DNA of 64,000 bases from Alphaproteobacteria bacterium RIFCSPHIGHO2_02_FULL_46_13 (GCA_001767915.1 MEMI01000027.1:4227-68226); one strand, 5' to 3'; shown: positions 10,369 to 20,802, counted from the stretch's first letter. Notes: generated by a model not told the origin, from the letters alone. Numbers and translations: made by a program.

Positions 10369-11193
10369 ATGAAATCCTTCATACTCAAAACTTTTCTATT
10401 ATGTGTCGGAGTATATTTTGTTTTATTGATCCTGATATTTTTCGGTCAACGCTCTCTCATGTATTTTCCGCAGCCCGCATTGTCAGCAGAGGTTGCTAAA
10501 TCAATTTTACCAAAGGCACAGATGGTCAATGTCGTCACCGCCGATGGTACGCATTTGCAGGCCTATTTTATACCCCCGAAAGATGCCAAGAAGCCTATTA
10601 TTCTGGCGTTTCATGGCAACGGGGCATTGGGGTTATATTTAGCCCCTAACTTTGCGGAAGCGGTGGAAAAGGGGTATGGCCTGTTGCTGGCAGAATATCG
10701 TGGATATAGTAGCAACGAAGGTAGTCCAACCGAAGCGGGGTTATATCAGGACGCCGATGCGTATCTGGCATATTTGAAATCACAATACCCGAATACAAAC
10801 ATCATTGCCTATGGACAGTCATTGGGGAGTGGGGTGGCTGTTGATCTTGTTGCCAGAAACCCTCAATCATTCATTGGTCTGGTTTTAGAAGTCCCTTTTG
10901 ATTCCGCAGTGAATGTTGCGGATAAACATTACCCATATATCTTATTTAAAAAACGGATCATGCGTGACCAATATCTGTCAGATAAAAAAATCAGCTCAAT
11001 TGCCATTCCCAAATTATTTTTGCTGGCTGGCCAAGATGAAGTCGTAGGGCTGAATAGTGGTTTAAACCTGTTTGAAACCGCCATCCCCCCTAAATCAGTC
11101 AAAGTATATGATGAGGCAGGTCATATGAATGTTTTTCAATATGGGGCTGGAAAGGATTTAATGGGTTTTCTGGAAGGGTTTGATAAGCGGTAA
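10369..11193 (+). CDS. alpha/beta hydrolase with N-terminal membrane anchor
   Basis: 274-aa ORF with an N-terminal TM helix, nucleophile elbow GQSLGSG and a C-terminal His (GHMN). Confidence 0.85.
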   Translation: MKSFILKTFLLCVGVYFVLLILIFFGQRSLMYFPQPALSAEVAKSILPKAQMVNVVTADGTHLQAYFIPPKDAKKPIILAFHGNGALGLYLAPNFAEAVEKGYGLLLAEYRGYSSNEGSPTEAGLYQDADAYLAYLKSQYPNTNIIAYGQSLGSGVAVDLVARNPQSFIGLVLEVPFDSAVNVADKHYPYILFKKRIMRDQYLSDKKISSIAIPKLFLLAGQDEVVGLNSGLNLFETAIPPKSVKVYDEAGHMNVFQYGAGKDLMGFLEGFDKR

Positions 11194-11203
11194 ATCAATA
11201 AAT

Positions 11204-11230
11204 AAAAACCCCGCTTCGGCGGGTTTTTTT
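11204..11230 (+). terminator. rho-independent terminator
   Basis: aaaaaccccgc-ttcg-gcggg hairpin followed by a run of 7 T, immediately after the hydrolase stop codon. Confidence 0.7.
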
Positions 11231-11267
11231 ATGGGCGAATTTGGGATGTGGGTGATTTGAGTTTAAA

Positions 11268-11342
11268 TGGCTCCCTGAGCAGGATTCGAACCTGCGACCA
11301 ATCGATTAACAGTCGATTGCTCTACCGCTGAGCTATCAGGGA
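11268..11342 (-). tRNA. tRNA-Asn (GTT)
   Basis: Reverse complement is TCCCTGATAGCTCAGCGGTAGAGCAATCGACTGTTAATCGATTGGTCGCAGGTTCGAATCCTGCTCAGGGAGCCA. Canonical cloverleaf, anticodon loop CTGTTAA. Confidence 0.95.
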
Positions 11343-11488
11343 ACGTATTTAACGCGGTGGTTCGCTTTTCTATTTTTTATCGGGTGGTTTGTCAACCGAC
11401 TTTTTTAAAAAACTTACCTTTATTCTATATCTACTTCTATTTCCCTCACCCAACCCTCTCCCGAGGGGAGAGGGCTTAGGAGGAAGAC

Positions 11489-11562
11489 TGGAGGCACGAG
11501 CCGGAATCGAACCGGCGTGCAAGCTTTTGCAGAGCTCTGCCTAACCACTCGGCCATCGCGCC
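11489..11562 (-). tRNA. tRNA-Cys (GCA)
   Basis: Reverse complement is GGCGCGATGGCCGAGTGGTTAGGCAGAGCTCTGCAAAAGCTTGCACGCCGGTTCGATTCCGGCTCGTGCCTCCA. Anticodon loop CTGCAAA, T-loop TTCGATT. Confidence 0.93.
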
Positions 11563-11666
11563 ATCCAGTGTGTGGGGGATTTAGCATTTTTCTCCATGGA
11601 AATCTAGTGAAAATTCCTGTAAAGCTATTTTCTGGTTAAAATTCCCAATTTGAGGATACTGAACAC

Positions 11667-12338
11667 ATGACCCATCAAGATTTTGAAAAAGCCCGCGAGA
11701 ATATGGTTTTGTCGCAATTACAGCCGTCCGGCATCGTGTCGGAGCGTGTGATGGCGGCCTATCAGGCTGTTCCGCGTGAAATGTTCGTGCCGAACGCCCT
11801 GCGCGGTGTGAGTTATCTGGATGATGATATCCAGTTGGGCGGCGGACGCGTGGTCATGGAGCCATTGTTGCATGCGTTAATGGTGCAGGATGCGGATTTA
11901 CGGGACGGAGACAACTGCCTTGATATCGGTGGTGCAACGGGCTATTCCGCTGCGATTCTGGCGCAATTGACAGGTCATGTTGTGGCATTGGAGCAAGAAG
12001 AAAAATTGTTACAGGATGCAAGCAACCATTGGAAAACATTGGCTCTGTCCGACAAAATCAATGCCATCGTCGGCGAGCATGTCGGCGGATATATGGCGGG
12101 TGAGCCATATAAAGCCATTTTTATCAACGGCGCAGTGGCCAGCATTTCAAACGTCTTATTGTCCCAGTTGGCGGAGGACGGTGTTTTATATGCTGTTTTA
12201 ATGCCTGAGGACGCTTTGATCGGGAAGGTGGTTGCTGTGCGTCGTGATGAGCATGGGCATATCAGCCAAACAATTCTGGGCGAGGGGGTGACTTCGTACG
12301 TTCCCGGCTTTGGCCCTAAAAACAGCTTTACTTTCTAA
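11667..12338 (+). CDS. pcm: protein-L-isoaspartate O-methyltransferase
   Basis: 223-aa ORF with a SAM-binding motif (CLDIGGATGYSAAILA) and PIMT-like N-terminus (VPREMFVP). Confidence 0.88.
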   Translation: MTHQDFEKARENMVLSQLQPSGIVSERVMAAYQAVPREMFVPNALRGVSYLDDDIQLGGGRVVMEPLLHALMVQDADLRDGDNCLDIGGATGYSAAILAQLTGHVVALEQEEKLLQDASNHWKTLALSDKINAIVGEHVGGYMAGEPYKAIFINGAVASISNVLLSQLAEDGVLYAVLMPEDALIGKVVAVRRDEHGHISQTILGEGVTSYVPGFGPKNSFTF

Positions 12339-12483
12339 AACTTAACTATATTTTGGAAAATAGAGGCTAAAAATACGAAAATGGGTGTGGATAGACACCC
12401 CCCACCCATTAAATCGTGCTTTGACAATATGTTAGCATTCGGACAAACTGCACTGTCTGAAGACTTTTAAGGAAACCATTTGA

Positions 12484-13113
12484 ATGTCCGGCAATAAACC
12501 TGAGCAGGAACCTTCGATAGAAGAAATTCTCGCATCCATCCGTCAAATCATTTCGGATGATGATGACGCACGTCCTGTCGGAGACATCGAACTTCCTGCC
12601 GATGAAAAATTCGATATCCCAACTTATCAACCTGAAGCCCCGAAAGAAGAACCGAAGCGCGAATCTTTTGCCGAAGTTCTGGAACTCACAAACGAAGTCG
12701 GCGGCGACGAAAAGGTTTTTGATCTATCAGACGATAAATTTGATATTCCACTTTCAGAACCAATCGTTGAGAAAGATACCTCGCGCGATTCTGATCTTGA
12801 TATATCTTTTAAAGAAGAACCTACGCGTAAGGGAATGGATATGTCTGGTGGACAAACTGATATTGATGCATTGTTTTCTGCGCCCGCTGCCGAGGCAACA
12901 ACCGAGGCTTTCTCTCGCCTTTTAGGAAATATTCCGGTTGAGCGTGAAGAAAATAAACGTCTCTACGCCGATGGTCGTATTACATTAGAAGACATCACCA
13001 AAGATTTATTGCGTCCGATGTTGCGTCAGTGGGTTGATGATCATCTGCCGTCTATGGTCGAACGCTTGGTCGAGAAAGAGCTCGAGAAACTCGCGCGCCA
13101 AGCTAGGGATTAG
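12484..13113 (+). CDS. popZ: DUF2497 / PopZ-like pole-organizing protein
   Basis: 209-aa ORF. It has the hallmark N-terminus EPSIEEILASIRQIISDDDD, an acidic Pro/Glu-rich linker and a conserved C-terminus (LEDITKDLLRPMLRQWVDDHLPSMVERLVEKELEKL). Confidence 0.8.
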   Translation: MSGNKPEQEPSIEEILASIRQIISDDDDARPVGDIELPADEKFDIPTYQPEAPKEEPKRESFAEVLELTNEVGGDEKVFDLSDDKFDIPLSEPIVEKDTSRDSDLDISFKEEPTRKGMDMSGGQTDIDALFSAPAAEATTEAFSRLLGNIPVEREENKRLYADGRITLEDITKDLLRPMLRQWVDDHLPSMVERLVEKELEKLARQARD

Positions 13114-13125
13114 TTCCTTAGAATA

Positions 13126-13926
13126 ATGAATGTTTTCCAGAGAAAAAATCCTCCCAAAGTAAATAATGGGTTTTCGCTTGCCAAATCGGATCAGTTTGGA
13201 GGCGTTTTACTTCTTATCCTTATTGCTGTTGCTCTTTTTGCTGCTCTTACTTATGCAATAACAAGTAGCTCAAGAGGAGGGGGGAACGATCAAGCCAAAA
13301 GCGATGAAATGCAAGCGGCTTATGGTGAAATTCTGAATGTCGTGGCGGGAATGCGCGGAGCCTTTCAAAGAATGGCAATATCTGGTGTCGACATGGATGA
13401 TGGTATTAATGCCAGATATCCTTATAATTTGGCAGTAACAACAAGCGCAGGATATTTCTTCGATAACTCAAAATGCCCAACTGCGGGAACAGACAATAGT
13501 TGCAAACTCTATCACCCTCAGGGGGGGAGTTTAAGTTTCTACAATTTTTTAAAACTGCATCCTAATTTGGGGGATACTCCTGATAATCCGTCTGCCAATT
13601 TTCTCGGCAAAGGTTGGTGGGGGGATGTCGGGGGATCTTATGATCCCGGTGGAACTGCTTCTTATGATTATATTTACAGCATTAGGGTGAAGAAGCCATT
13701 CTGTGATTTCATCAATAAAAAATTAGGGATTTCTTCTGTCGATGCGACTGCCGCGAGCGGGATTGGTTTTCAATATCAATTGAGCGGGAGTGGGGGATCG
13801 GGAAGTGTGGCCGGTCTTGCCGGACAGTATCATGCCCCTCATCTGAAGGGTAAGGATATGGGGTGTTTTAAAACTACTGCTGATGGTGGAAAATACTTTT
13901 TTATAGCTTTAATTTATCTGAGATGA
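13126..13926 (+). CDS. pilin-like secreted protein family, paralog C
   Basis: 266-aa ORF. The hydrophobic helix [21 protein letters not shown] is nearly identical to that of paralog B. It also has LYHPQGGS, FCDFINKKLGI, GKDMGCF and C-terminal FFIALIYLR. Confidence 0.7.
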   Translation: MNVFQRKNPPKVNNGFSLAKSDQFGGVLLLILIAVALFAALTYAITSSSRGGGNDQAKSDEMQAAYGEILNVVAGMRGAFQRMAISGVDMDDGINARYPYNLAVTTSAGYFFDNSKCPTAGTDNSCKLYHPQGGSLSFYNFLKLHPNLGDTPDNPSANFLGKGWWGDVGGSYDPGGTASYDYIYSIRVKKPFCDFINKKLGISSVDATAASGIGFQYQLSGSGGSGSVAGLAGQYHAPHLKGKDMGCFKTTADGGKYFFIALIYLR

Positions 13927-14786
13927 TTTATCTGTTAAAGGGTTTGTTCTTGAAAAAATTTTTGAAATATTTGTTTTTTGTCTTCCTTTTTTTGGGAACA
14001 TTGGTCGGGCTGTATGCTTGCCTGATTGAGCCATTCCGACTTGTCGTGACGGATTACACGGTGAAAACATCCAAATGGAATTCGGACAAACCCCTTAAAA
14101 TTATTCTTCTGACCGATCTTCATTCCATTTCCCCGTGGATGACACCAAGCCATACGCAGGACATTGTCGATAAAGCCAATTCGCTTGACCCGGATGTGAT
14201 TTTATTGCTTGGGGATTATGTGGGTGATACGCCTTTCGGCAAGCAGATCAATCCAGATGAAGGTGTGGCACCTTTGAAAAATCTAAAGTCAAAATGCGGG
14301 ACATTTGCCGTTCTTGGAAATCATGATTTCTTCGGCCCTTTAGGCTGGCCACAAGCTCTCAAAAGAACAGGGATTCCTGTGCTGAGAAATGCCGCTAAAA
14401 AAATTGATTGTGATGGGCAATCTTTCTGGGTGGCGGGGTTGGATGAATTATGGTGGGGACATTCGGACATCACAAAAACACTTGCCCAAGTGAAAGACAA
14501 AAATTCTGTGATTTTGGCGATGCATAACCCTGACTCATATCCCCTGACCCCTGAAAGTGTTGCTTTAAGCGTTGCTGGGCATACGCATGGCGGGCAGATC
14601 AGATTTCCGTTTATCGGATCGGTGCCAGCAGTTGTTCCGTCAAAATATGGATCACGATATGATCGTGGTCATTTTATAGAAGATGGCAAGGATTTGGTTG
14701 TCTCAAGCGGGCTGGGGATGACGGGTATTCCTTTGAGATTTCTATGTCCCCCCGAGATTACGGTTGTAACCTTGTCCCGCGAATGA
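13923..14786 (+). CDS. metallophosphoesterase (membrane anchored)
   Basis: 287-aa ORF with calcineurin-like motifs DLH, GDYV, GNHD and GHTHGG, plus an N-terminal TM helix. Confidence 0.88.
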   Translation: MIYLLKGLFLKKFLKYLFFVFLFLGTLVGLYACLIEPFRLVVTDYTVKTSKWNSDKPLKIILLTDLHSISPWMTPSHTQDIVDKANSLDPDVILLLGDYVGDTPFGKQINPDEGVAPLKNLKSKCGTFAVLGNHDFFGPLGWPQALKRTGIPVLRNAAKKIDCDGQSFWVAGLDELWWGHSDITKTLAQVKDKNSVILAMHNPDSYPLTPESVALSVAGHTHGGQIRFPFIGSVPAVVPSKYGSRYDRGHFIEDGKDLVVSSGLGMTGIPLRFLCPPEITVVTLSRE

Positions 14787-15593
14787 GTGACATTTTCTTC
14801 CTCTGAATTCAGCGAGATCAATATCGCGGATGATATTGCAAATTGTTGCTCTGGATGTGTCGCACCGTGTATAAAAACGGCTGGCTGCAAGGGCTTTCTT
14901 TTCCTCGGCGGTCATTTGTTTATAGACCGCCTCAAACGCGGCTTGCATCCCGCGCCGTGCATCTTCAGTATAGCGTGTGTCTTCGGCAAGGATGTGTGTT
15001 GTGCGTTCAAGTATGAAATCGACTTGGTCGCCGAGTTTGTCTTCTCTCATCTGTCTGAACAGAATCAGGCATATATCACTCATGCTGTTTGAAAGGGCAT
15101 GGGCAAGATGTGTGCCCTCGTCAACATGGAGTGGGGGAAGAGAAATATTCGAGTGTCGCGGTTCGGCGCATTTGAGAAGCTCGGTGACAACATTTAAAGC
15201 GTGCCCGTATCGCATCATACCAATCTTATCCTCACGCTGGCGCAGGATGCCATAGGCGTGAATACGCACACTCAACCCGATCAAATCAGACAGTTCATCA
15301 TAGGCATGACGATTATGGCGCGAGACGCCTTCGCAGAGGGAGCAAAATGTAGGTAGGGAATGGCTGACGCACTGCGTGAATAATCCAAGATTGGTATTGA
15401 TCTCGTCAGGGAGTTTTTTGGCAAGGGTATGGACATCGACCAAAGTGGCCTGCCAGCCACGCATTGTTTCCACAAAGGATTTAACCATTTTGCCAACATG
15501 GCTGCCGGTAACATATTTATCTAATGGGGTTGGGGCGGGGGCTTTTGCGACTGCGGCAGTCCCAAAAGGCCCTTTGGCGGCACATTTACGCAT
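14742..15593 (-). CDS. hypothetical protein
   Basis: 283-aa ORF with no recognised domain. It overlaps 13923..14786 by 45 nt in convergent orientation. Confidence 0.5.
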   Translation of the reverse strand: MRKCAAKGPFGTAAVAKAPAPTPLDKYVTGSHVGKMVKSFVETMRGWQATLVDVHTLAKKLPDEINTNLGLFTQCVSHSLPTFCSLCEGVSRHNRHAYDELSDLIGLSVRIHAYGILRQREDKIGMMRYGHALNVVTELLKCAEPRHSNISLPPLHVDEGTHLAHALSNSMSDICLILFRQMREDKLGDQVDFILERTTHILAEDTRYTEDARRGMQAAFEAVYKQMTAEEKKALAASRFYTRCDTSRATICNIIRDIDLAEFRGRKCHSFAGQGYNRNLGGT

Positions 15594-15723
15594 AAATTTA
15601 TAAACTCCCTGTATGTTTTTTTAAAAGTTATTGTGAAAAAAACCTTATGTCAACGCCCTAAAACTTGCTCTCCACAGTATATAACGCTATGAAAGAGAAG
15701 GATTTTTAAACTAGGAAGAAATA

Positions 15724-18381
15724 ATGCTCGATAAGACTTTTGACCACTCCATCATTGAAAAGCACCATTACCAAAAATGGGAAGATTCAGGACTGTTTGC
15801 CGCTCACCCGAAAAGTGATGCCAAAGGGTACTGCATCATGATGCCTCCGCCAAATGTGACGGGGACGTTGCATATGGGGCATGCGTTTACCATGACGCTT
15901 CAGGACGTATTGATCCGTTATCACCGTATGCGCCAGCAAGATGCGTTGTGGATGCCGGGGACAGACCACGCAGGGATCGCAACCCAGATGGTTGTCGAAC
16001 GTCAATTGGCGGCAGATGGCAATAACATGACTCGCCGCGATATGGGGCGTGAGGCGTTTCTTGAAAAAGTTTGGCAGTGGAAAGAATATTCGGGCGGAAC
16101 AATTACGTCACAATTGCGTCGCCTCGGCACCACACCTGATTGGGAACGTGAACGCTTTACCATGGATGAAGGTCTGTCCAATGCTGTCCGCAAAGTGTTT
16201 ATTGATCTGTATAAAGAAGGTTTGATTTACAAAGATAAACGTCTGGTCAACTGGGACCCGAAATTACAAACCGCAGTTTCAGACCTCGAAGTCGAACACC
16301 GCGAAATCAAAGGCAAGATGTACACTGTCCGTTATCCGTTGGAAGATGGCAGCGGGTCGATTAGCATTGCAACGACACGTCCTGAAACAATCCTTGCCGA
16401 CGGTGCGATTGCCGTTCACCCTGATGATGAACGCTATACCGACCTCGTTGGTAAATTTGCGGTTGTGCCTGTTTGTAACCGTATCATTCCGATTGTGGCT
16501 GATGAGTACGTTAAATCTGATTTCGGGTCGGGTGCGGTTAAGATTACCGCCGCTCACGACTTTAACGACTTTGAAGTTTACAAACGTCATAAGGATAAAG
16601 GCATTCCGCTCATCAACCTGATGACCGCAGACGGGCACATGAACGAGAATTGCCCCAAAGATTATCAAGGTCTTGATCGTTTCGATGCGCGTAAGAAAAT
16701 CATCGGTGATCTCGAAGAACTGGAATATCTGGAAAAAGTTGTCGATCACGTTCACCAAGTGCCATATGGCGACCGTTCTGGTGTGCCGATTGAACCTTAC
16801 TTGACTGACCAATGGTATTGTAATGCCAGCGTTTTGGCGAAGCCTGCGTTGGAAGCCGTTCGTTCGGGCAAGACAGAGTTTGTTCCGAAGAACTGGGAAA
16901 ATACATTCTTTGATTGGCTCGAGAATATTCAACCATGGTGCATTTCGCGTCAATTGTGGTGGGGGCATCAAATCCCTGCGTGGTATGACGAAGACGGTAC
17001 GGTCTATGTCGCCGACAACGAAGCCGAGGCACAGGCGCAAGCAGGTGCAGGGGTTAAATTGAAACGGGATGAGGACGTGTTGGATACATGGTTCTCCTCT
17101 GCGCTCTGGCCGTTCTCGACACTTGGTTGGCCGAATAAAACACCTGAGTTGGATAAATATTATCCGGGTGATGTGTTGGTCACTGGCTTTGACATTATTT
17201 TCTTCTGGGTTGCGCGGATGATGATGATGGGTATTCATTTCATGGGCGAAGTACCGTTCAAGAAAGTATATATCCACGCATTGGTGCGCGATGCCAAAGG
17301 GCAAAAAATGTCCAAATCAAAAGGCAACGTCATCGACCCGTTAGAGATCATTGAAAAATACGGCGCAGACGCGCTTCGTTTCTGTATGACCGCTATGGCG
17401 GCACAGGGCAGGGACGTCAAACTGTCCGAAGAACGGATTGAAGGGTACAGAAATTTCGCAACCAAATTGTGGAACGCCACACGTTATTGCGAAATGAATG
17501 GCTGTAACCCGAATTTCGATTTCACGCCGGACCAAGCAACCGAAACCGTCAATAAATGGATCATCGGTGAATTGCTCAATACTAAAAAAGGCATTGAACA
17601 ACATCTGGAAGATTTCCGTTTCAATGATGCCGCCAATACGATTTATCAATTTGTATGGGGAACTTTCTGTGACTGGTATCTGGAATTCACCAAACCATTG
17701 CTCGGTGAAGGGAATACCAATGATGCCCTGAAACAGGAAACACGCGATACAATCGGTTGGGTGCTGGATCAAATTCTGGTCTTGCTCAACCCGTTTATGC
17801 CGTTCATTACCGAAGAATTGTATGAAAGCATTGCGGTGCGTCCGAAAGATGCATTGTTGATGGGGCAAAAATGGCCTGACTATGCGCCAGAGCTTTATCA
17901 AGCCTCATCAGCCGATGAAATCAATTGGTTGATCCGCACGGTCACGGAAATTCGTTCTGTCCGCTCAGACATGAATGTTCCTGCCGCCGCAAAAGTCCGC
18001 ATGTTGGTTAAAGATGCGTCAGAGGTTACTGTTGCGCGCCTTAAAACCTATGACGAGATTTTGCGTCGTATGGCACGTTTGGAATCGGTGACGATTTCAA
18101 ATGACGTTCCGAAAGGATCTATTCAAACGGTGGTTGATGAAGCAACACTTGTTCTGCCGATCGCTGAAATTATCGATCTGGATAAGGAACGTGAACGCCT
18201 GAACAAAGAAATCGGTAAGCTCGCGGCCAATATTGAGAAGATTGACCAAAAACTGGCCGATGAAAAATTCGTGGCTAATGCTCCGGCAGAAATCATCGCG
18301 GAACAAAAATCCCGCCGTGCCGAAAACGAAGCCATGATGACTAAATTTTCAACTGCGCTGAAACAGTTGAGTGCGGCGTAA
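15724..18381 (+). CDS. valS: valyl-tRNA synthetase
   Basis: 885-aa ORF with the HIGH-type motif (TLHMGHAF), KMSKS, an editing domain and a C-terminal coiled coil. Confidence 0.97.
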   Translation: MLDKTFDHSIIEKHHYQKWEDSGLFAAHPKSDAKGYCIMMPPPNVTGTLHMGHAFTMTLQDVLIRYHRMRQQDALWMPGTDHAGIATQMVVERQLAADGNNMTRRDMGREAFLEKVWQWKEYSGGTITSQLRRLGTTPDWERERFTMDEGLSNAVRKVFIDLYKEGLIYKDKRLVNWDPKLQTAVSDLEVEHREIKGKMYTVRYPLEDGSGSISIATTRPETILADGAIAVHPDDERYTDLVGKFAVVPVCNRIIPIVADEYVKSDFGSGAVKITAAHDFNDFEVYKRHKDKGIPLINLMTADGHMNENCPKDYQGLDRFDARKKIIGDLEELEYLEKVVDHVHQVPYGDRSGVPIEPYLTDQWYCNASVLAKPALEAVRSGKTEFVPKNWENTFFDWLENIQPWCISRQLWWGHQIPAWYDEDGTVYVADNEAEAQAQAGAGVKLKRDEDVLDTWFSSALWPFSTLGWPNKTPELDKYYPGDVLVTGFDIIFFWVARMMMMGIHFMGEVPFKKVYIHALVRDAKGQKMSKSKGNVIDPLEIIEKYGADALRFCMTAMAAQGRDVKLSEERIEGYRNFATKLWNATRYCEMNGCNPNFDFTPDQATETVNKWIIGELLNTKKGIEQHLEDFRFNDAANTIYQFVWGTFCDWYLEFTKPLLGEGNTNDALKQETRDTIGWVLDQILVLLNPFMPFITEELYESIAVRPKDALLMGQKWPDYAPELYQASSADEINWLIRTVTEIRSVRSDMNVPAAAKVRMLVKDASEVTVARLKTYDEILRRMARLESVTISNDVPKGSIQTVVDEATLVLPIAEIIDLDKERERLNKEIGKLAANIEKIDQKLADEKFVANAPAEIIAEQKSRRAENEAMMTKFSTALKQLSAA

Positions 18382-18396
18382 GACAAGGGGATTGAT

Positions 18397-18816
18397 GTGG
18401 GGCAAAAAATTTACATCAATCTTCCTGTTACGGATTTAGAAGTCTCAAAGGCTTTTTATGCGCAACTCGGCTATGGCTTTAATCCGCTTTATACCAATGA
18501 TGTGGCAGCGTGCATGGTTGTATCAGATGACATTCATGTGATGTTGTTGACCAAGCCATTCTTCGCCACATTTACGCAGAAGGAAATTGCCGATACTCAA
18601 AAATCGGCGCAGGTCATGCTTTGCCTTGGCAAGGATAACCGCGAAGAAGTTGATATGCTGGTTGATAAAGCAATTGCCGCAGGGGCGAAAATCGAACGCC
18701 CCATCAACGATCATGGTTTTATGTACGAGCGAAGCTTTAATGACCCTGATGGAAATATCTGGGAAATTATGTGGCTGGACGAAGACGCTTATAAGACTTT
18801 AAAATCTAAATCCTAA
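18397..18816 (+). CDS. VOC/glyoxalase-family protein
   Basis: 139-aa ORF with a GTG start and a typical glyoxalase-fold small protein pattern (INLPVTDLEVSKAFY, DPDGNIWE). Confidence 0.82.
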   Translation: MGQKIYINLPVTDLEVSKAFYAQLGYGFNPLYTNDVAACMVVSDDIHVMLLTKPFFATFTQKEIADTQKSAQVMLCLGKDNREEVDMLVDKAIAAGAKIERPINDHGFMYERSFNDPDGNIWEIMWLDEDAYKTLKSKS

Positions 18817-19499
18817 ACCTCTATCGTTTCACCAATTTCTGGTAATAATAACGTCTTTCCTGTTTCGTCGAAAAGTTGGCGCGTTTTGGCGATGTCGATT
18901 TTGATGGGGGCGAAGGTGTTGTAATGCAAACCAATGATGGTGTGCGTGCCGACGAGTTCCGCGCAACGGACGGCATCGCGGGCGCCCATGGTGAAATTGT
19001 CGCCGATGGGGAGTAATGCGAATTCGATTTCTTCTGTTTCGCCGATCAATTTCATGTCGTAGGTGAGCGCGGTGTCGCCTGAATAATAAAAGCTGGTGCG
19101 GCTACCTGTCGGTGTCACAACAAACCCGCCCGGGTTGCCGCCATAGCGACCATCGGGCATGGAGGAGGAGTGGACGGCGTTGACGTATTTAACCTTACCA
19201 AAGTCAAAGGCGAACGCTCCGCCCAAATTCATGCCGTGGCCATTTTCAATTCCTTTTTCTTTGAACCATGAGATGATTTCATAGTTGGAAATCAATTTTG
19301 CACCTGTGCGTTTGGCTATCGCCTCGACATCCAGAATGTGATCTTCATGCCCGTGGGAGATCAGGATAAAATCAGCCTGAATGGTTGAAATATCAATGTG
19401 TTCTGCGGCGGGGTTTCCGGTGATAAAAGGGTCGAACAGGAGGTTGATCCCGCCAACATCTACGGAAAAGCAGGAATGTCCATAATAAGTGACTTTCAT
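18813..19499 (-). CDS. metal-dependent hydrolase (UPF0173, metallo-beta-lactamase fold)
   Basis: 228-aa ORF with an HxHxDH motif (SHGHEDH). Confidence 0.88.
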   Translation of the reverse strand: MKVTYYGHSCFSVDVGGINLLFDPFITGNPAAEHIDISTIQADFILISHGHEDHILDVEAIAKRTGAKLISNYEIISWFKEKGIENGHGMNLGGAFAFDFGKVKYVNAVHSSSMPDGRYGGNPGGFVVTPTGSRTSFYYSGDTALTYDMKLIGETEEIEFALLPIGDNFTMGARDAVRCAELVGTHTIIGLHYNTFAPIKIDIAKTRQLFDETGKTLLLPEIGETIEV

Positions 19500-19590
19500 T
19501 TTTATTCGCCCTTTCTTTTAAATATGGTAGCTCTAGATAATAGATGCTTACTTAAAACTGTCCAGCTTTTTACAAAGGAAATTATACATC

Positions 19591-20214
19591 ATGAAGTTAT
19601 ATTATACATCAGGTGCATGCTCATTTGCCGTTCACGCGCTGTTGAATGAATGTGGTGCAGAATACGAAACCCAACGCGTGGAAATGAGCGCGGGCGATAA
19701 CAAGAAACCTGAATTTTTGAAACTCAATTCACGCGGACAAGTTCCTGTTCTGGTGGATGGTGATACCGTCCTTCGCGAAGGGGCTGCCATTCTGATGTAT
19801 GTTGCAGACAAATTCAAATCGCCGATGATCCCGCAATCCGGTGCAGAACGCCAAGCGGCTTTGGAATGGATGATGTTCTGTAATTCAACATTACACCCAG
19901 CTTACAGTGCTTGTTTCTTCATCGCCCGTCAGACAATTGACGCCAGTGCAAAAGAAGCAATCATGAATGCCGCCGCCGCTCGCGTTCAGATGTTGTGGGA
20001 TGATGTGGAACTTCAACTTGGCAAAACAGCTTATATCGCTGGAGCAAATATCACTGTTGCGGATTTGATGTTATGCACGATGGCAAATTGGTTGTCGGCA
20101 ACACAGCCTAAATTCGGCCCGAAAACAATTGCACTGATTAAAAAGGTGACAGCTCGTCCAGCATTCCAAGCGGCGTTGGCTACGGAAGAAGTCACTTACA
20201 AAGCTGCTGCTTAA
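19591..20214 (+). CDS. glutathione S-transferase
   Basis: 207-aa ORF with a thioredoxin-like N-domain (KLYYTSGACS, GQVPVL) and a helical C-domain. Confidence 0.88.
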   Translation: MKLYYTSGACSFAVHALLNECGAEYETQRVEMSAGDNKKPEFLKLNSRGQVPVLVDGDTVLREGAAILMYVADKFKSPMIPQSGAERQAALEWMMFCNSTLHPAYSACFFIARQTIDASAKEAIMNAAAARVQMLWDDVELQLGKTAYIAGANITVADLMLCTMANWLSATQPKFGPKTIALIKKVTARPAFQAALATEEVTYKAAA

Positions 20215-20219
20215 TTAAA

Positions 20220-20708
20220 TTAAGATGCTCTGCCAAAATCACGACGTATGTCGTAGGCGGCAGGGTTGTCGCGCATCACCATTCCAGCCCAGATCATAAA
20301 GGCCATCATTTCGTCCAAGGTCTGGGTTGGTTTTTTGAGTGTTTTCACAGGCATGCGTGATGCAAATTTATTGGCCTGAACAGCTGCGATCCTTGCGGAT
20401 ACTGCGCCGTCATCTTTTAATTCCAACAAACGTGTTTCAATGGCTGAACGAAGGCTGTCATGAACGTCCCATGCCACTTCGGTCATCGGGTCTTGTGCGC
20501 CTTTTTCAACCAATAATTTTCCAAGAGATTCTTTGGCCGCACAATATTGTTTATAAAGAGAGGCCAGAACAGAGTCGAGCGAAGCGTAGAGGGAGATTAA
20601 CTCCCATTGCTTTGATTCAGGAATCGAGTTCATTTCTTCCGGATGTGTATATTCCAGACGAGAGATCATCGCGTTCATGAGTTCAGAGAGTGAGGCTTCC
20701 TGTGACAT
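20220..20708 (-). CDS. hypothetical protein
   Basis: 162-aa ORF that looks helical. No domain recognised. Confidence 0.55.
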   Translation of the reverse strand: MSQEASLSELMNAMISRLEYTHPEEMNSIPESKQWELISLYASLDSVLASLYKQYCAAKESLGKLLVEKGAQDPMTEVAWDVHDSLRSAIETRLLELKDDGAVSARIAAVQANKFASRMPVKTLKKPTQTLDEMMAFMIWAGMVMRDNPAAYDIRRDFGRAS

Positions 20709-20802
20709 TTTTTTGTTCTACCTAGTTTCTATACAATACATACTGTAAATATATGAAAAACTGGTTAATGTGAGGGAATCCGCGGCTTAGGCCGGATTTA
20801 AA

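Noticed and set aside
11450-11470. The GC-rich hairpin ccctctcc-cgagg-ggagaggg between tRNA-Cys and tRNA-Asn, as a terminator or REP element.
   Set aside because: It has no U-tract on either strand and no second copy in the window, so I left it unclassified.
16279-17304. A 341-aa minus-strand ORF, among the longest in the track.
   Set aside because: It is entirely antisense to valS, its composition is odd (His/Arg/Phe-rich), and it has no motifs. Long shadow ORFs are common opposite highly expressed genes.
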